Assembly (NCBI GenBank): GCA_002633005.1
Contig: NMRA01000062.1
Coordinates: forward strand, 144,251 to 208,250
Direction: 5' to 3'
Length of the DNA stretch: 64,000 bases
From: Phoronis australis
Lineage: Eukaryota > Animalia > Phoronida
Shown: piece by piece, positions 54,741 to 64,000 of the stretch
How positions within the stretch are numbered: the first letter of the stretch is position 1
How the letters are laid out: the number at the start of each line of letters is the position of its first letter
Made by a program: the position numbers and the translations under genes
The notes under the pieces: generated by a model
The model's database searches: none
What the model saw: the letters and a program-made list of their open reading frames with translations, nothing else
Told to the model about the DNA's origin: nothing

Positions 54741-55912
54741 GTTAGTTTCTTGCTCTAGGCCCTACACTGGAAGTTCTGCTTCTTTGTAGATTGCTTTCAA
54801 GATTAGGGTAATGCAAAGCTCCCAGTCTTTATTGCCATGCTCACAGTATTTTTAATGTCTGGAATAGCCATTGCATGATTTAGCATCATTGAGATGAAAT
54901 ACACCGTGTTACTAGATGGCGCTGGTGGTTGGTGGACAGTGTTCTGCAGTCTTGTTGAGGCTTGATGTAATGGGGTATTTTTCATCTTTTTCTATAAATG
55001 CTTTGCAGCCATCGTGCTGTCAAACTGCCTTTTTAAGTGGTTGGATAGTCAAATGATTCACACAGAAAATTCTATCTCAAAATGTCAGTGAAAGGAATCA
55101 TAATTTTTCCTGTTACTTTGGTCCATCTTGCACACCAAAGTTACAAAATTGTGGGATGCAAAAGATGCTTTTGTGCTCTTACAATGCTAAAGAGTTGAAC
55201 ATACGTTTCCTATTTACTGGTATATGTTTACTATTTGAAAGTATGAATAACATTCGTTTTGATGGTAGTTTTGTTCTACCAAAAGGGCATTATGCGTCAA
55301 GTCTAAATAATACTGGTGTCTGTGAGTAGTTAGGTGGGCAGTGCTTTTATGCTAAATCCAGGTTGGTCTTAGGGCATATTTTGAGAGTAAATAGTGCAGC
55401 AACCGCAAAAATGGGCAGTAGTAGAATATAATGTGCCTACCTTATGAGAACCAGTTTGATGTCTGTTATTCAGTAAAGAAAACTGGTTCTCAAAATGTGG
55501 GCACATTGTATTGACTATTACCCAAAAATGTTGTGTGTCAACATTTGATCACAAGTATCAACACTTGTCATTAATACTACTTAAGACACCATGTGGCAGA
55601 CAAGGGAAATTTTTTAATTATTTTCCCTCGTTTTCCTGTGTATAATATGTGCCACATATGTTATGCTATTTATTTTTAAGGTCTGTATCTTAGCTAGCGT
55701 TGAACAATATTTTGGAAAATAGTGGGCATTCGCAACAATTTTAGAAGCCCTTGAAAAAAGATTGTCTAGTTGCACGCAGAACTTTTATCCCTGTAACTGC
55801 ATTTTTCCTTTCTTTGGAGCATGACTTTTTCAACTAATTTGAATTTGGTGTGATAAACCTAAAGGTGTTTTCATGTAAATGTGGAACATTTTAGATCTGA
55901 GAATCCTCGAGC

Positions 55913-59152
<3,240 letters not shown>

Positions 59153-62100
59153 GGCGAGGCACACTTATCGAGGAGGACTCGAGAATCAGGAAATATTGTA
59201 AAGGTTCTGGTGTATTTTGGTAGTTGGTGAGAGACATTGAGCAAGCTATCTTGGGATAGCACAAATATAGGATGTGTTTACCATGTAGTTGTGTTATTAA
59301 AGTTGTTGACATGAGGACTTTTTCGAAAGTCCTATGCCGGGGTAGTAGCTAAGATATTCGTGGGTACGTCACCTCTAACACTATACTGTGCAAATGGGTT
59401 AAATTTTAATCCAACTTATATTCGTGCTTAATAGCAATTTTCATTAATCACTATACTGAACTGGTTACCAGAAAATTTTAAACTACGGATGTGTCAGCTA
59501 CAGCCGGGCATAGGGTCTACGATGAAACAGGCCCCAGTGCACTGTTTCATTGTGTTTTGTCTGAGGTTTTAACTGATGGCGTAGTACTATTGTTATTACT
59601 TCTTTAAAAGTTTCACGAAATGTACCATGGAACTATTTAACTCTTGGCTATCATTGAGAGCCATTTTCTTATTTTTTTTAAGAAAATAAAAGACTTAACT
59701 ATAATGGCGATTTGTAGTTGCTAGTTCCATTAGTTCGGAGTAATCTGTTGCTGTTTTAAATATGCCAGTACTGGTTATCTTGCCATTTAGTGACTGGCAA
59801 GGGAAGATAGCGACGGAGACTTTGGGTCACCCAATATATAAAATACTTTGTCACTCAAGGAAGTCGAGTTGCCATTTCCAGAAAACCTTTCAGGAGCCAA
59901 GACTACAGTTTGAGTGGGACGTTGGACCTAATACATAAGGCATACCCCCAATGTCACACTGCATGCTTCATCTTTGTACTGTTTCATATTTTGAGACATG
60001 ATTTATGTGGAACTGTTTGTTTTTATTGTTTTGTTCTGTTTGAAGACTATTCAATCTCGTTGAACTTTTGTGTCAGATTTATACAGGTCAGGAGAGTCAA
60101 AATGTGTCTTGAGTGCCAGAAAATGCTTAGTCAGCCTATGTTGTTGAAACTATATTGGTATATTGGTAGTGAGTAGCTGAAAACGTGCAAGGCAGTATGG
60201 TTGCCATGGTGATAGTCAAGATTGTGTCTACATTGTGCAGTCATGCCTTTTAAGCAGATATTTGATGTGTGCAACCAACTAGCATAATTTAGAAAATTTA
60301 GTTGAGACTTCGTGAAACGGGATTAAATGACATGTCATAGTTCCTGCCAAAAGTATTCAGACAACTAGTAATCCAGTCATGACAACCGAGTGCAAGCAGA
60401 ATTCAGTGTCATGGTTATAGATGTGCATTTTGATCAGGAATGACGCAAAATTTAAGGACAGTAAACACGCATAGTAGGATTACAATAATAGATTTCATTT
60501 GGTATAACCAACGAATCATTGCCTGCTTTTTATGTTAATGTAATTACTGTAGTCATAATGACTGTGGAACCATATTTTGTCTGATTGCTTTTGACAAGGA
60601 CTGTACAAAATAGAACTGTAGTGTAGGTTCTCTAGTTTGGAAGTTAGTTTTGGCAGTAATTGTAGAACCAGCTATGTTTGACCTAGTCGCAGCTTAGCCA
60701 ATACATGGAGGTATGTATGCTTCATAATGGACATTGAGGACACTGCTAGTCTGGGATTGTACTGAGGGAATCTGGTGAAGCAGTGTGTTAGGTGACCCCT
60801 AGTGACACGTGGCAAAGGAGGAGGCAAATGTGTTAAGTGTCTCCATTGGACATCGCACACTATAAAAGATTCTTTTCCTTTAACACTGCTGTGACAGACA
60901 CCCTGTGAAGCAGAGCACTGTAGTGTCAGTATCTGCAACACCAGGTGGCAGCAGGGGACACTGTCATCCAATTTTCATGATTGTGTGTTATTGTTATGAC
61001 TGCTGGCTCTAGGGGAATCCGTCTTCCCTCACAAATCCGCAGTATTCTTTTCTCGTGAACACATTTCAGCTGCAATTCCTTTCTCCCCTTCAAATTCTTT
61101 TCCGTTTGTAAGGAAATAAGGTTCAGGAGAGAAGAAACTTGTCAAAAAGAACTGGTGCATGAAAAGGAATAATTATAGCTAGTGAGAAAAGAGTACTTGG
61201 TGTGGTTATGAGAATAGATGCCTTCAATAAGATTGCCAGAGCAGATCTTTAGGTTGATTGACTGACCCTAGACTAGGTACATCTTTATTGTCCTTCATTC
61301 TCGGCTCATTTAGTGATAGTTTAAAAATATCTTGCACTATCGATTCAACCATTATACCCGATTAAACTGACAAAATGTGAATACTATACAAATAGTATTT
61401 GAATTGTATTGCATTGTTATTTTATTGAACTAAAATTTAATAAAATGATATCTCATTGTCTGCTAACAAATGCAAATTTTACTTACAATGAGGACTACTA
61501 TATAAATACTATATGAACAGTGTAGCATTTTGTAATTTTATTGAACATCATATAAAATATGTTATTGTTTGGCCCTGAGAATGTTACCATTTCTCTGTGG
61601 ATGTAAAACATCCTATAGAAATCCGTGGAATTGTTGGTATAGGTCGAATTTTGCTCCGATTTGCAAGAGTACAATAAGCAAGTGGTATAACTTCATAACA
61701 TTCCTCATTTCTTTTTTGGATTAGCATTGAAATGTTATCCACCTCTCATTAAAGCACCCAACACAGACTATATTCAGTCGGGCACACCTGACCCAGGGTC
61801 AGGAGGACTAGTCACAAAAGACTGCAACTCTTGTGATAACTGATCTCTTTTAAGGTAGTACAGTGTCTGACCAATCAGCTTTCTGTAGCACGTATGCCAT
61901 GTGGACTGATGTAGAGTCCGGGATGAGAAACACCATGTGGACAGATATTTGGAGTCCAGGAGGAAGCATGTCATGTGGTTCATACTTGATCAAGACGTGT
62001 AGAGCAATGAATGTGTATGACACATGGAATTATCCAATTGTTCATTCCAACATGATAATTCTCACCATGGTTACGAGCATTTCCACACAGCATGTCTTGT

Positions 62101-62445
62101 ATCATTCTTCAACAACATTTATGTCATTACCTCCTTCCTTTTAGTCGATGCTGCCACTAAGTGGGATACAGAGATTCTTCTCGCAGGTGTTTCACCCACA
62201 AAAATTCACCAGAAAACATATTTCCAAAAGCAGGGTCAAATTTTGTAGGTCAATGTCGAACAAAAGCTGTGAGCAGGAGAATATTTTGGGTGAAAAAATG
62301 TAATGGAACGTATATTTCAAATCATCAGTGACCCACCCTGTGGGTCAAGTAGGACATGCCAACTACATGCTTCATTGTTAAGTAAAACTGGCCAGGTTCT
62401 TCAGTGACCCACCCCGTGGGAGTGGAGGAGCGCCACCTGCAGGCT

Positions 62446-63290
62446 TCATTCTTTCATAAAACTCCCCAGGTTTTTCTTCTCGACAACAGCATTCATCATG
62501 TCCACAAACATGGCTTCCACTCCCTCGCCTGTTGATGCAGACGTCTCGTGGTAGCTGAAACACGAGCAGACGGAAAAATGCAGACAATCCAGCGCATTAC
62601 ACTACATCACAGGACAAAAACAATAAAGAAAAGCCAATATCAAAATTTTTCCTACTGCCTGACTTCACTGGTTCTGCCAGATCAACAGGTTAAGATATCT
62701 GATTGGGCTGTAAGCTGGAAGTTGTCATTGAGAACCAATAGGATGTCTTGGCCAGTGGACTTGGGGAACCTGCTAAGTCAATCAAATGCAGCCAATGCTT
62801 TTAATATCTGACAAAACTCAAGCTATAGCAGAAGCTGTATTAAATATTACTGAAAAAAATCCATGTTCAACAACAAATCTTAAGGCTTTTGATGGCGTTT
62901 AACACATTCGTTTTTTTAAATTGAATTACTCGAAATACTAAAATGGTGTACTGTGATTTTTTTATAAGCAAGAATTATTAGTCTTCATACATGCCATATG
63001 TCAGCCACATCATGTGACCTATAGTTAAGTCTGAAAAGATCTCTAACCCAGGACTTGGTCTGCAGACACTAGTCCAATTAGTGAGATTTTTATGCGCCAT
63101 ACTGTGACATCATAGACCTTAAAGCAATTGAGAATAAAACCCCTTTGCAGCATAACAGCATCTGTAAAGTGGAAATTTTTAAGCAGGTTTAAATTTCAGA
63201 AAACAGGTTAACTCATTACCTGAGTCTGTGTGACTTGGCCCACTTGTTAGCCTCAGTTGTTGAAACAGAACGCTTTCCTTTTATGTCAGT
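62446..63290 (-). CDS. C-terminal exons of a Ras-superfamily small GTPase (Rab-like, resembling the RJL/DNAJC27 GTPase domain); 5' part not identified in the window
   Basis: Exons 63290-63220 (TDIKGKRSVSTTEANKWAKSHRL) and 62554-62446 (SYHETSASTGEGVEAMFVDMMNAVVEKKNLGSFMKE*) have canonical splice sites and matching phase 2. They contain the end of the G4 motif (..TD) and the G5 ETSA motif. Confidence 0.8.
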
Positions 63291-63764
63291 CTACAAATAG
63301 AGGAGACAATACACTCTTCAATTTTGATTTCAAAAGTTATCTAAAAAGCTGAAAGTTTTTTGTTAGTAAAAACACTAATTTTCCTTAAGAAGCATTTCAT
63401 AATTTTAGAAATGTCTGAATAACCCGCTTTGTTTAAATACCAAGGCACGTAAACACAGACTTTTCAAAGAATAATCGACTTCAGGAATTTTACCACTATA
63501 CACAATTGAGTGACTTTTTGTGGCATGGCAGAAACTCGTTTTTTTAACGCAAAAAATTACATATTCAGAATAATTTCCAAAATAGGTGGCTATCAAGAGC
63601 TGATGCGTATCTGTCGATTCTTCACTGAAAATTATAGATAGATGTGGATTCACGAGGAGTGATGACTCGATGTTATGTCTGGATGATGGCAGTGGGTAAA
63701 GACCTCCTGGATCACTCTTTGGATCACATCACGTATTATCATGTAAGGGACTTTGAATGATGCT

Positions 63765-64000
63765 AGCACTGACCACTACAGGTACACCAACACTGGCCAC
63801 TACAGGTACACCAACACTGGCCACTACAGGTACACCAGCACTGGTCACTACAGGTACATCAGCACTGGCCACTACAGGTATACCAGAACTGGCCACTACA
63901 CCAACACTTAGCCACTACACCAGCACTGGCCACTACAGGTACATCAGCACTGGCCACTACAGGTACATCAACACTGGCCACTACAGGTACACCAGCACTG
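63765..64000. repeat. 24-bp minisatellite (cagcactggccactacaggtacac) x ~10, running off the window
   Basis: Tandem array visible directly. Confidence 0.95.

Noticed and set aside
62446-63290. NKIRAS (neighbour of UBE2E1 in vertebrates)
   Set aside because: The canonical ETSA G5 motif here differs from the divergent EVTV-type G5 of kappaB-Ras as recalled.
63638-63742. Plus-strand exon-like block ending in GTAAGG
   Set aside because: Weak acceptor, no recognisable protein and no partner exon in the window.
63765-64000. CRISPR-like regular repeats (also 43079-43228 and 3540-3855)
   Set aside because: Units are contiguous with no unique spacers, there are no cas genes, and the context is eukaryotic.

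Overview
AT-rich, intron-rich invertebrate animal DNA; the repeat landscape looks lophotrochozoan, which is an inference. Manual splicing gives three complete conserved genes. KRIT1/CCM1 (+, 16 coding exons, ~733 aa) is convergent with Enhancer of zeste EZH2/E(z) (-, 17 coding exons, ~687 aa), which lies head-to-head with a UBE2E-class E2 enzyme (+, ~181 aa). The last two exons of a non-prenylated Rab/RJL-like small GTPase (-) sit at the right edge. Three EZH2 exons appear twice in a ~1.85-kb tandem duplication joined at an N, most likely two haplotypes assembled in tandem. The first 12 kb holds a decayed L1/Tx1 LINE and a possible decayed multi-exon gene. Introns carry tRNA-SINEs, PIF/Harbinger- and pogo-like MITEs, palindromes and minisatellites. 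The most notable observations are: (1) tandem repeats that copy an exon end together with its splice site into the neighbouring intron, at several junctions; (2) a Helentron/HINE-like element with six co-oriented CTCF-type motifs between the KRIT1 and EZH2 3' ends; (3) apparent loss of conserved interaction motifs in KRIT1 and EZH2; (4) a compact promoter shared by EZH2 and UBE2E.
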